Assembly (NCBI GenBank): GCA_905178155.1
Contig: CAJINV010000004.1
Span: 938,629-1,002,628, forward strand
Direction: 5' to 3'
From: Amoebophrya sp. A120
Taxonomy: Eukaryota; Protista; Dinoflagellata
DNA: 64,000 nt
The notes under the pieces: generated by a model
Database searches by the model: none
Seen by the model: only the letters and a program-made list of their open reading frames with translations
Told to the model about the DNA's origin: nothing
Translations under genes and position numbers: made by a program
Part shown: positions 13,472 through 24,036 of the stretch, one piece after another
Layout of the letters: each line of letters opens with the position of its first letter
Position numbering within the stretch: position 1 is the stretch's first letter

Positions 13472-13845
13472 TTCGCAGCGGGGCATCCTTTCTAGCCCCC
13501 TGCATGACAAACTGGCCACCTGGCCAGGGAGGTATGTGGCAGAAGGGGGCAAGCCCCCCCCCGGACCCCCCCCATCCACCTTCGCAGCGGGGCATCCTTT
13601 CTAGCCCCCTGCATGACAAACTGGCCACCTGGCCAAGAAGGTATGTGGCCGGGGGGGGCCCCCATCCACCTTCGCAGCGGGGCATCCTTTCTAGCCCCCT
13701 GCATGACAAACTGGCCTCCTCGCCAAGAAGGTATGTGCCCGAAAGGGGCAAGCCCCCCCCGGACCCCCCCCTCCTCCTTCGCAGCGGGGCATCCTTTCTA
13801 GCCTCCTGCATGACAAACTGGCCTCCTGGCCAAGAAGGTATGTGG
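13472..13845. repeat. Tandem array of four ~68-bp cores with G/C-run spacers
   Basis: Core TTCGCAGCGGGGCATCCTTTCTAGCCCCCTGCATGACAAACTGGCC...AAGAAGGTATGTG at about 13472, 13581, 13671 and 13778. Confidence 0.92.
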
Positions 13846-14102
13846 AAAACCGCAAACCAAAGAACCCGGGCCGGGCCACCAAAGTCGGCCATTTCAGACC
13901 CGGGGAAGATGCCGAATTTCTGCTCACAACCCAGGGCAAATGGGAATTTTGTGACATACCCCCGCCCGCTTCTAGTGCGGTTTTTTTTTCCCAATCGCGA
14001 TGGTACGGCGCAAGCGCGCGCCCGCCGGACCGCCCTTGGTGGCCAGTTTCTAAGCCTGCCGAGGGTTCTCGATTTCTTTTAGTTTTCGCGTTTTTTTCTG
14101 GT

Positions 14103-14444
14103 TTCTAAGTGGCCCCAGCGACCTGCACATATTTACCGCCCGCATCTGACTGGCAGTTTTGAAGCCTGCGGAGGGATTGCGCTTTTGCGCAATTTTTCAT
14201 CTTTTTTCATTTTCTAAGTGGCCCGGGCGACCTGGACATTTTTACCGCCCGCATCTGCCTGGCAGTTTTGAAGCCTGCGGAAGGATTGCGCTTTTGCGCA
14301 ATTTCTCATCTTTTTTCATTTTCCAAGTGGCCCCAGCGACCTGCACATTTTTACCGCCCGCATCTGACTGGCAGCTTTGAAGCCTGCGGAAGGATTGCGC
14401 TTTTGCGCAATTTCTCATCTTTTTTCATTTTCCAAGTGGCCCGG
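14103..14444. repeat. Tandem array of three 109-bp units
   Basis: Unit TTCTAAGTGGCCC...GGATTGCGCTTTTGCGCAATTT...TTTTCAT starting at 14103, 14212 and 14321, with a partial copy at 14430. Confidence 0.92.
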
Positions 14445-15929
14445 GTGATCTGCGCAAAATCCGACGATTGCTTCCCCCCACGTTATAAAGCAATTTTTCG
14501 CCATTTTTTTCCAACTTTTTCCAGTTACGAAGCGGCCCAAGGCTTCCGAACAGGTCGCGGGCCTGCTGCTCCAACGCAGCTGGCCAGCGGGCGGAGCAAA
14601 AAATAGTCCGCCTCTTTTTCAGATACTAAGTGGGCCAGACCGCAAAAATGCTCTTTTTTCACCTTCTCCCGCTTGGTTTCTGCCGTTTTTGCGTCATTTT
14701 TGACCTCCTGGCCATTTTCCCATCTGGTCCGCTTTTTTTCCCTTCTCCCGCTTCATTTCTGGCCATTTCCCTGACCTTCACGCCTCCCGGCGGTTGCCCT
14801 ATATGGTAACGGCAACTGCCTTCGCGCTGCGTTTGCTAAGCAATATCGCAAGCGCGCAGAGCGCGCGCGCCGGCTTCGTGGGCCGGCGCGCGCTCTGCGC
14901 GCGCGCGCGCACGCATTTGGTTACCAGATCACGAAAAATACGTCACAGGTTGTTACTAAAGTAGACCTTCCAACATGATCACTGCGACGAGACACAGCGA
15001 TTATAACCCCAGCAACTACAAGCAACGCCCTGGACTACGGCACGACAGCTCTCCTTTAGTATAGTTGTTGCCCAAAAGATGAACGAGGCAGACTGAGAGG
15101 TTTTTTCAAAACAGGAAAGGCTCTGCGTGCCTGCCCAAAGCAGACAGCTGAAAAAAAACATAACGGATGAACCGTGCGATGGCGACCACTCTCGTCGAGC
15201 CGAGGCCGTGGAGAATTGATAGGGATCATGCTGGTCCGCACAATTTTAAATGAATGGAATTCAATTTCAAAACGTGTTTGCTCTGCGGCAGTAAGTTTTT
15301 TAAGGTGGCTCTTACCGAGCTACCGAAGAAAAAGATAGCGATGACATTGGGGGCTAGAAGGTGTCGACGTGATCTAAGTAAAAATGTCATGGACAGTCCA
15401 TCATGCGTCAGAGTCGAGGTCGAGGATTTGTGGAAACTTGGAAAGCGTGGAAAATGTAAGTGAAGCTGAAACAAGCATGGTATACAATATACATGTCATC
15501 GATCTATCTTCATCTCAATTAGAATTTTTAGGGAAGTATAAGCCTGTCATGCAGGTCTGGATTTTGTCGGCGTAGGCGTTTTTGAGGTGCAGGTTGTCCA
15601 ATATTTGAATTTGTTCGCAGGTGAAACGTACAAAGAAAGATGCCCAAAGAAAAAGTAGTGAGACGTAGTGTGACTGCAACCAAACCTAGTACGATTTATT
15701 CTACTGCTAGTTCTAGAAGAAAAAATGATGGGAAAAGATAAAAGTTATACATACGGGCTTTGCGATCGTCTTCGTCATGGTCGTGGTGCATCTGCATGCA
15801 ATAGCAATGGCAGTTCGATGAAAAAATATGAAAAAATAATCATGTACTTCCGTGTATTTTCTACAGCAATTGCAATCAACTCATTCGTGCCTTGATAAAG
15901 CTCATAATCACAACTACTCGGCGCTACTC

Positions 15930-17342
15930 TTACTTTTTCGAACATGCCGTGGCCCCGGTGCCAGCAGTGGCTGCGGCGGCCGCCCGCCTTTTCATGTTGA
16001 ACTGCGAACCTGGACAGAGGATCGATTGGCGAGAATGCATGTTCAGGGCTTCCTGGCTGACAAACCACCAAATGCAGTGTGGACAAGGGAATGGGTATAA
16101 GGGATGTCCGCTGTAGTCCACGGCTGCGGGCATCACTTTCTCCTGTGGTTTTTTGCCTTTCGCCATGGACTTCGACTCCAGGGCAGGCTCCGCACGCACG
16201 ATAGGAGCGGGCGTGTGCTGGTTCGCGCTAGGCAGAGGCCCCGGCTGCCGACTTGGGTTCCTCGCTGCTGGAAGCGCGGTTTCATTGTTTTTGCTGGCGT
16301 TTTCGCGATAAGCATCATCAAGGGCCCTGAGATTCTCCTCATTCAGGTAGCAGCTCTTCGTACTCATTTCCGGGCAATAATTTTCATCGCCACGCGGCAC
16401 TCCAACGTCTAGGCGTGCACCATTGTTCAGCTTGCGCGCTTTGTTCGCTTCGCGTGCTCCTTGCAAGCTCTCCGGACAACGTAGCAACTCCATTTCAGAT
16501 TCTGAGGACGGATCGGCCGGGTGATCGGATGAAACTGTACGACGCGCCTGCCGCAACTCGTTGAGCGCTTTTTTCTTCTTGGGGCTGTTCTTTTTATGTA
16601 CCCGCAACACGCCCAGCAGGATCTTCCACTCTTGCATTTGTTCCGCGTGTAGCTTTTTCAGAACCTTGTTCACCTTCGGCGTCAGTTTCCTCCTGACCGG
16701 GAGGTTCTCCTCGCTGTCGGCACTACTAGTGTCTTCAAGGTCCGCGCACATACTTTCGTCGAGCTCCAGCCTGGTCCGCCTTTCGACACATCGGGTCGCT
16801 TTCCAGTCGTCCTGCAGGATTTTCCTCAGTTCACCCACTGTGAAATCCGCGGCCTCGAGTTTCTGCGGCTGCGACAGTCGCACACGCCCCCCTCCCAGGC
16901 AGGGTTTTTGGCAGTACCTTGCTGCCACAGCCACCATCCGCTCGATCGCCCTGTAATTCGCGTGCTCCTGCTTCGTGAGTTTCAAATTGAATTTGAGTCG
17001 AACGACCTCCTCAACGTCCACTCCGGTGTCGTCGTCCTCATCTTGAAACTCCAGCGAATCGTCGGGCGAGTACTTGAAGTGGACCCACGCGCCCGCACTG
17101 AGGAGTTCGAACACAATGTCGACGTGCCCCGCGTCGGCAGCAGCGATCAACGGCGAAAGGTCCTTGTAGGTGCCCTCTTTGACAAAACAGGAATGGTCGG
17201 TCCGCACCATCCCAGGTCGGTACCGGAAGGCGTTCGCGGCGTCGGGATCGCTGTCGAGCAACGCCCGGATCTTTTGGAGGTTGCCATCCCTGGCAGCAAT
17301 CACTATCGGTGGCTGCGGCCAGCCATAAAGAGGATCGGACAT
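15930..17342 (-). CDS. Ankyrin-repeat protein with C-terminal C2H2-like Zn finger (no introns seen)
   Basis: PIVIAARDGNLQKIRALL; SPLIAAADAGHVDIVFELLSAGA; CPHC...H...CP. Confidence 0.8.
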   Translation of the reverse strand: MSDPLYGWPQPPIVIAARDGNLQKIRALLDSDPDAANAFRYRPGMVRTDHSCFVKEGTYKDLSPLIAAADAGHVDIVFELLSAGAWVHFKYSPDDSLEFQDEDDDTGVDVEEVVRLKFNLKLTKQEHANYRAIERMVAVAARYCQKPCLGGGRVRLSQPQKLEAADFTVGELRKILQDDWKATRCVERRTRLELDESMCADLEDTSSADSEENLPVRRKLTPKVNKVLKKLHAEQMQEWKILLGVLRVHKKNSPKKKKALNELRQARRTVSSDHPADPSSESEMELLRCPESLQGAREANKARKLNNGARLDVGVPRGDENYCPEMSTKSCYLNEENLRALDDAYRENASKNNETALPAARNPSRQPGPLPSANQHTPAPIVRAEPALESKSMAKGKKPQEKVMPAAVDYSGHPLYPFPCPHCIWWFVSQEALNMHSRQSILCPGSQFNMKRRAAAAATAGTGATACSKK

Positions 17343-17497
17343 GCTTTTTATTCTGTTCGGTAACTAACTTCTTTATGAATATATTTTGTTGTTTGCGGAG
17401 GGGGCGCGAAGAACTTTCTGTATCAAAAAAGAGTGTTGCTGTTGCTTTTCAATTAAAACTTGAAGATGAGGAGCCTACAACTTAAATCAAATCTAGG

Positions 17498-17528
17498 AAC
17501 CCTAAACTACCCTAAACCCTGAAACCCT
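17498..17528. repeat. Degenerate telomere-like (CCCTAAA)n tract
   Basis: AACCCTAAACTACCCTAAACCCTGAAACCCT. Confidence 0.55.
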
Positions 17529-18096
17529 TCTGCGAGGTCACAACTTAAATGATATTGCTTACTTTACCTTCACGGGGGGTCTTCAATTTGTTTTCGGGGA
17601 ACTGTAGTGCGCACATTGAATTCAAAATCACGAAAAACTCAAATATGAAAAGCTTTGAACTTACTACCTACGGACACGCACGAGGATAGCAGAATGCAAC
17701 AATGCCTCAGACCGATAAGCTCAAGTAGCATTCTACTACTGATACGTCTATGTCATTTCTCTCCAACCGAGTGAAAGCGTTTCTTCATCTTTTTCTTTGT
17801 TTTTCTCAACGACAACGTACGTTTTTTACGTCTTGAACGAGCACAATGAACAGCGGAGTAACACTGCAAAGTAGCGGAATAGAAAACCACGCTCACTTAG
17901 TTGTAGGCACTTTCTGAGGATGAAAATTTTGGGCCAAGGAACCTCGTGTCTTGCTCCAACAACTCCATGCCTGCGTGTTCTAGATTGGGCTTTTACAACA
18001 TGCCACTTCCGTAAAAATGTAAGTGGAACGCAACAAGTAAATCTTCAAGCTCAAGGAACTTGACTAACAACACGCGTGCCTCGCTCGACTTCGAGA

Positions 18097-18666
18097 TCAA
18101 GCCGCCGAAGTGGAACTCGGTGTTGTGCTTACTTGTCCAGACACTGCAGAACGAGAAGACGATGCAGCAGACTGCTTTCCTTGTTTACAACCAGGCAGGT
18201 TTTTGGAAGCTCCTGCGCCGGCCCCGGTTGCGGATTTGCTTGTGCCAGCAGCACCTGCCGAGGACGAGGAAGAAGCCGAAGACGTAGGGGTGTTGTAGGG
18301 GAGGTCCTTCTTCATTCCTCCTTTCAAGCTGTCCCCCTTGATGGTTTTTTTGTCATTGTTCTTCGCAACTGTCTTTTTCATCTGGTTTCGACCTTGCACT
18401 TGCTTATTTCCCGGCCGGAGGGGGCCCAACGCAGGCTTTTTCTTGGACTTTTTCAGCTGCGCGTCTTTCCATTCTTGCCTTTTCCGCTTTGCTTTTTCTT
18501 CGCCGAGAATCTGAAAGGCTACTTGCTTCTTGCTCGAGAAGTCGGCGCCGCAGAGCAGCTCCCCCTCGTTCAGATCGGAGTCGCCAGACTCGTCGGAGTC
18601 CCAGTCAAAGAAATCGGAGTCGCAGTCCGATGAGTTCTCCGGGTTGATGTAGCTGAAGTAACCCAT
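18097..18666 (-). pseudogene. 5' partial duplicate of the ankyrin gene at 24037-26193
   Basis: MGYFSYINPENSSDCDSDFFDWDSDESGDSDLNEGELLCGADFSSKKQ is almost identical to the start at 26193; the ORF stops before the ankyrin repeats. Confidence 0.65.
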
Positions 18667-19656
18667 CGTGTTTTATTCTTGTTGAAAAACACCAGCTTCA
18701 GCCTGCGAGAGATTCTACGTCTGCCACTGCCTCCCTCCGACGACAAGAAGGGTAAGACTAATAACTTTAATTTCTTCTGAGGTACGTATTGAAATTCCGG
18801 GAGACCAAGCCATTGTTCGACTTTAAAATACCTTTCTGGTAACACGTACTGCTTAATAGTTGTCGCACAAGGAACAAAGGGATCTTCCTCGATAGCATTG
18901 ATGAAGATCAAGATTCTGAATTTCGCCCATGATCGTTGCAGCGCCGCAAGCAATAAACGCAAAACCATTAAAACAGGCACTTCCGCATTTTTTCAAGCGG
19001 CAAGAGCGCTTTGCGCGCGGGTGACACTTTGGTTACCAGATTAACTCCTGCATTAATGAGAGGACCATCAACAACAAGCAAGAACATCACACAAACCGCT
19101 GCCAGAAGAGGCAAACAAATGATCTCCAAAAGGATAAACAGCCAACTCCCCCAAGAAGGACGAGTTGCTGTTTTTTTGTATAAAATCATCGACCAAAATG
19201 ATAATGAAACACCACAAATAATTGTACAGGGTAAATCCGATCTCCTCGGGCCGCAACTTGACGGGCAGTTTGAGCCGCTCGTCTCGTAGCTAACATAGCA
19301 CGAAATGTTGAGGACGGCCCAAAAAGGAAGTGCATACCTGCTAAGTAGCACAACTCTACAGCGTGTAAAAATGCATGTAATATCTTTTTTATCTTATTTA
19401 TCCGCGTGGCAGGTAATGCTGTGTCCTGCAGGCTAATACAGCTCTACTTGGATTTGGTTTCACTTGGGAGTTAGTGTTGTTATCAATACGAATTGCAAGC
19501 GGGAACGAAAAGTCAATAGGCTAAGTTGAAGAAGACGACGAGAGCAAGTTTTCTTTCGCTTTCGCTAGAAAAAGAAAATCCATAGCTACTTACATTTAAT
19601 AGATAAATCGTATGTGCTAGTCCTCTACACCATTTCAGCAGGAGGAGCTCTTCGCC

Positions 19657-22600
19657 CTAGTAGTGCTTGTCATGCCATTCCCACCAGTACACGCTGGTTC
19701 CGTTCTCTGTTTGGTTCCACCCCGGAACGTGGCCGCATATGAGCGGGTCCCTCCACGTGTGCGTGCCCCAACTGGTGCTGCACTGATCCCCAACGTACCC
19801 GTATTGTGAGGAAAAATCCCCCCTCCCCATCATGTTGAAGTGGAGTAGACTTGTGGTGCTGATTTGTGGCCACGAATCACGAATCAGCTTTGTATTGCAC
19901 AAAATGCGTAGCGGTATTTATTTCTGAGCCTGTTCGGGTATGCAGAAGGCTTGCTAGCAATTAGGCATGGCAAACAGGTTTGCAGCAGTCGAACGCGCAT
20001 GACAGACTGGCTGTGGAACGAATGCGCCACAGGGCTCCCATTACCTTATAACCAAGGGGTGGCCACAAATCAGCATCACAAATTTCCATTTTCACATGGT
20101 TAGGGGTGGTTTTTCACCTTGATAAGCTGTTGGCAAAACCTGGCCCGCGCGACGCATACTTAGGAGATGTAGAATTAATATCCCAGAACGTTTCGTACAC
20201 GAGTCGAATATTGGACCCACTGCTGCTCAGGACTTGCACGTAATCGTCTGGAACGCTTCCGGGCATTGGGGCAAAGCGAAAGGAAAGTTGGTACATAATT
20301 GGGAAGAACGGCAACAGAAAAACGCACACAATGCCTGCGACTTCCATCGCATAGCAGAGCTGCGGCACCACAAGGCTCACCCCTCCCTCGTACGGCAGGA
20401 AACCAAGACTGGAGCGGCCCCCAGGTCGTGACGCTGAGCCAGCTCGCACGGGACCACGTGCTTGTCGCTCGGATGGAGGAATCAAGTGAAGGTACGCGCA
20501 CAAGATCAGGAATGCAGTACAGAAGATCCACGACAATAGCACAAAAACCGCCCGAAAACGGAAAATGGTAGGTGCCCACTGCGGACGCCAGGACTGTTCC
20601 CACCCACAGAAAGCGTTGCCCGTGCCCTGATGGATCGCCCAGGACTGCAGTTGCTTTTCGTCGACCGCATCCTGTTCGCCCACTCCAAAAATCGCTGCCG
20701 CGAACGATACTCCTTCGGTTTGGGTAAGCTGGTAGGTCTCGAAAATTAGCAACACCGCAATCGACAAAGGGGCACACAGCGAATGTATCCCGATCTGCCA
20801 AAGCATGTTGCGCGCCCGGTAGTACTCCACCGCGTCCTGTGGTTCGAGATCCTCGCGCCTGTTTCCCTTCTGTTGAAAAGCGCGCAGCAATGCAGGTCGA
20901 AGACTCCCCTCCGTGTCAGCAGGAGCCGTGGGCACAGCGGCCGTGAGTAACAAACCGATGCTATCCTGAGTAAAAACGTACCCACGCCAGAGTTGTCATG
21001 CGACTTTGCCATGACAGGAACATTCGTGATGCGCAACCCCATGACAGGCATTTTCAATCGTGTTTGGGAACTTGTAATGCTGTAAACAGGATCAGCAGAT
21101 CGATTTGTGATGCGGCTTTCCTTGCTAACTTGCACTACCCTACGGACTGAAACTTGTCATGCGTGACTCACAAAACTCCTAGGTTTGTGTTGCAAAATCC
21201 CCATCCTGACTCTGGTGTGGGTACGTTTTCACTCAGGATAGATGCACGGAAAAACCAACCACACGACACGAAGGAGCATCTCCGCAGAGGACATCGAGGA
21301 CATGTTGAGCATCGAATACTCCGTAAACATTCCGCCTCCGCTGTCGCACCAAACTGGATATAAATTTCCAGTAATGGTGTATTGCGAGAGGAGAACGCAC
21401 ACGGTGTGGGTAACGAGGCAAGTAGTCCAGACCTTTCCCTCGGTGCTGTCTTGAAATTGACAGACACTCGACAGAGTTCCCTGAGCCGCGAAATCGTACG
21501 GCAAGAGGATGCACTTTTGCCGGAGAGGTCGCTCTTGGTCCTCGCCATGCTGTTCTACTTTGCGGAGGCGGAGCCCGTCTGCTGGAGGAGCGTCTTCGCC
21601 TCGCTGTTCGCTGTGGACCTGAACAAGCCGCTCCTCGCCAGTAATTTCGTCGCCGCGGCCGCCCATTCGACGTTCTAGGTCAACACCGCGATCCTGTTGA
21701 TCCTGCTCGTCAGTTTCTTGCGGGAGGTAGATCGCGGGCGGGAAAAACAGCAACTTCGTGGGCAGGCTCAGGCCTACCAGCACCACCACGTAGCCGATGA
21801 CGAGAAGGGCGGCCGAGAGTACGAAGTCCTTGCGTAGGATCGAAAAGAGGTACGCAATGTGGTATTGCTGGATGATCTCCGCGACTGCGCCGGCACTGGC
21901 AATGCGCGCCGCCGTCACGTTCTGGGAAACTTGCTGGGCATCCAGGCCGTTTCGCAGTTTCAAGATCGTCTCGCTCTGCTCCCGCGTCGTCTCTTCTTGG
22001 AGGTCGAGCTTATTCCCGAGTCGACGCACGAGGTCCTCCAACTCTTGCACTTTTCGCTGCCACACGACAGCACTTCTGCTCGTAGGCGGATCGCCGTGGT
22101 CTCCTGGGTATCCTGTGCAAAAGTATCGCACTCGTATAAATGCATTACAAATTTCCTCAGCATGAGAAACAAAATTTGGAATGCGGATTTGCCTTAAGAA
22201 GAAGATTTGTAATGCAAGAAGTGCATTTATACGAATACGATACTTTTGCACAGGATACTGGGTAGGTGCTGGGCGGCGCGCCTGGTGCCGCATGATGAAC
22301 AAGCGTCTGCTGCTCTCGCTGGCGCTGGTGAAGATGTTGCCCGTTCATAGTACCGTCGCCAGCAGTTTCGCCAGCAGAAACGAATGTAGTCGCGCTACTA
22401 GTACCTCCTGACGGCGTCGGGGACGATGTTCTTGAGGGTTGCGGTTGCCCCTGCTCAGCCGTCACTGCAGATCTTCCTGCAGCTTCACCTCCTTCCAGAA
22501 ATGCAGATGCAGGATCTCGCCCATTTCGGGACGTCAGCAGAGCCTCGGAGATTTGCTTCTTCTTCGCGGAAAAAACGCGGGCCAAGCGAGTAGCCAGAAG

Positions 22601-22969
22601 TTTGCCCTGCTGTTTGTCCACCTCTTGTCGTCCTCTGGTTTTTCCAGTCAACACGCCATCTGCTGCTACTGTTCTTCTTGATGTGCACAGGTGAAGGAAC
22701 AAGCCGAGGCACCACAGCAAACCCCGTCTCTTCAACATGCCCCGGAAAAATTTCTGCACTTCCACTTGCTCGCTGCGTGCTCGCAAAGTCGTTGTACTGG
22801 GCATCAAGCTCATTCTTCTATGGTTCGAGAACGCGGAGGAATTGTGCAACGAAATAAAAAACACCGCGGCGCCTCCACGTATTTCCCTCTTCAACGAGGC
22901 TTCCTCGGACCGATCCCGCACTACCGTTGAAAACCCGCCTCGATCAAAGTTTGTCGCGGAAGAGGTCAT
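19657..22969 (-). CDS. Hypothetical multi-pass membrane protein with a coiled coil
   Basis: ORFs 22157-22969, 21229-22302, 20114-20953 and 19657-19902 join in frame after removing three introners; several hydrophobic segments; start codon uncertain. Confidence 0.7.
19802..20124. mobile_element. Introner family C
   Basis: TATTGTGAGGAAAAATCCCCC...GGGGTGGTTTTTCACCTTGATA; internal IR GTGGCCACAAATCAGCA; DR ACCCG/AGCTG; removal gives FANSYVGDQC. Confidence 0.78.
20962..21240. mobile_element. Introner family F
   Basis: About 32-bp TIR TATCCTGAGTAAAAACGTACCCACGCCAGAGT; perfect DR GATGC; removal gives FPCIGLLL. Confidence 0.92.
22109..22257. mobile_element. Introner family A
   Basis: Perfect 20-bp TIR TATCCTGTGCAAAAGTATCG; perfect DR CTGGG. 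Confidence 0.95.
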
Positions 22970-24036
22970 GAGAAGGGTTCATCGGCTTCCTCAAGATTGC
23001 TTCGCGTCGTTGTGTAAAACTTTAGTGAACCTTTTTTCGATAGTGGTGGAAAATTGGAAGATACAATAAGCACGAAAGTCCTCTCTTCATTTTCCAACAT
23101 TTTCAACGGAGCGCCTTCGTTGCTCAAGTAGTTCCTGTACCAAGTACTTCTCAATGCCAACGCTTGTTGTATTAAAGGTAAAGTAACTACGATAGACGTT
23201 TTCGAGTTTGTCCTCTCCCCTGGAGGGACAAACGAACCAAGGAAAAAAGGTCCTGCACGTTTGCGATTTGTATTTGAATCAATTTTGTTCACTGTGAATG
23301 ATAACTTGTTCGCCCGTAGAGCATTTATTTTAAGCTGGAAATAAAGACCGTAGGCGTACTAGACTCCAATGGATATCATATCCGGCACGAATGTGGTTGC
23401 AAGGAAAATTATCGGCGTCACGATCGTGTTCGGCAAAGAGGAGCCTAGAATTCTGTCTCTGTTATGCATCTTTCTATCACGATCATATAGCTACAGCTAC
23501 GCAATGAAGGAAATAAACGAAATCGAGGACGAGGTGGACGAGCGGTTGAAATCTTTACGATTGAAACTGCAACTACGAGGAAATTTTACGGTTGAAAGTT
23601 TTACGAATCCCATTACGAGGACGAGTCTCGTTGCACTTACGATTACGATTGTCCTCGGAGCTTGCAGCTTTGGCTGTAACATAAGACTACGACTTCTTTA
23701 CAATAATTCACGACGCAGAGACATGGAACAAAAAGCTAACCAGAAATAACCAAGAGAGCAGGAAACACGACATGTTCTCGTACTTTTGTCAATTTCTTTT
23801 TTCACGTTCACCGCACCCTGCAGGCGGTCCACCTCCTTTTGTATTTGTTTGTAATGGGAAATAACATCTCATGTGCGGAAAAAAAATTCAACCAAGTGCG
23901 AGCGTTTCGAACGTCTCTTGATGGAGACCTCCCAACATCAATATCCGACTTACAAAATAACACAAGGACCACGAGGACCTCCCGGCAGATCATAATGTAC
24001 GTACTGCAAATGTTGTTCTTTTAGGGGGAACAGCAT

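Larger units (their letters stand above)
12971..14929. mobile_element. 1.96-kb non-coding TIR element with hairpins and tandem repeats
   Basis: Inverted termini TGGTAACCAAATGCGTGCGCG (12974) and CGCGCACGCATTTGGTTACCA (ends 14926); GC-rich hairpin near each end; no credible ORF. Confidence 0.75.

Noticed and set aside
13472-13845. CRISPR-like repeat-spacer look
   Set aside because: Repeats are about 68 bp, spacers are related G/C runs rather than unique sequences, there are no cas genes, and the context is eukaryotic.
18570-19351. Two overlapping hydrophobic minus-strand ORFs
   Set aside because: No clear start, junction or recognisable domain; may be a gene fragment but cannot be supported.
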